Of a stretch of 64,000 nt of DNA, positions 63,417 through 64,000 are shown in pieces. The position numbers and the translations under genes are program-made. Source of the stretch: Mobula hypostoma (taxonomy: Eukaryota); NCBI RefSeq assembly GCF_963921235.1, contig NC_086104.1:137330001-137394000 (forward strand). The letters are read 5' to 3'. The notes under the pieces were generated by a model that had not been told where the DNA came from, searched no databases, and worked only from the letters and a program-made list of their open reading frames with translations. Position 1 is the stretch's first letter; each line of letters starts with the position of its first letter.

Positions 63417-64000
63417 GAGCATCCTTCTTCCGTTTTGGGGTAATCTGTCCTGCATTGCCCTGTACACTGTCATATTGGTATGTTTCTGCATCACAGTATC
63501 ATTACAAAGCATAGCATTTACGAAGTGAAAAGTTTAAACAATCACAAATTTGGTCCATGCTCTTGTCCCCTCTTAGCAACTCACTTGCCCACTCACAGAA
63601 CAAGATGTACTTGCAAAGTTTATCTATTCTGTGGAAACATCACTGCAGAGTCATGAAACGAAGAAACAAAAGACAGATACACAGACTTGACATTACCGTT
63701 TAATGTACAATCCAGCGAATAAACAGAATGAACTACAAATTACATAAAAACCATCCAATGTTTACTGTCAATGTTTTACTGTTACAGATCATTTCTTCTG
63801 GCCAGTAAAATAATGACAAAAATACTGAAGTATTGAAAAAGCTTTAACTCAGGTACTGGAACAAGATGACTTCTGTCTACTCAAACTGGTCAAGCTGTGA
63901 TTTAGAAACATAGTGTACTTAACTATCTCTTTTTTTTTAAAGTGGAATGTGTGCCCAGGATGCCTGTTATAAGATAATGAACCTTACAGCAGTTTATCTG

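Noticed and set aside
63030-64000. 3' UTR of a neighbouring minus-strand gene
   Set aside because: Composition is UTR-like, but there is no coding exon or convincing signal in the window.

Overview
Eukaryotic, repeat-rich DNA. The repeat repertoire (V-SINE/HE1-like SINEs, CR1/HER1-like LINEs, DeuSINE relics) suggests a cartilaginous fish, probably a ray; this is an inference. One protein-coding gene is supported: a divergent LZTS1-like (Fezzin family) gene on the minus strand with three phase-0 coding exons (20744-20409, 16808-16011, 11624-10929; 609 aa). Its first non-coding exon and promoter were not located. Most other ORFs in the track are transposon debris: CR1, Rex1/Babar-like, RTE and L1/Tx1 LINEs, Penelope-like elements (PLEs), and Tigger, Harbinger, hAT and Tc1 DNA elements, often nested. 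The most notable signal is about 11 copies of a minimal hammerhead-ribozyme motif in the 3' ends of PLE remnants. These include an intact core inside a ~154-bp stand-alone unit flanked by a target-site duplication (TSD; 63263-63416) and fold-back copies. Also notable are a near-perfect 113-bp-arm palindrome inside a Harbinger MITE that itself interrupts a Tigger transposase, and a uORF-rich LZTS1 5' UTR. Repeat family names come from recalled consensus motifs, not database searches, and repeat boundaries are approximate unless TIRs or TSDs are given.
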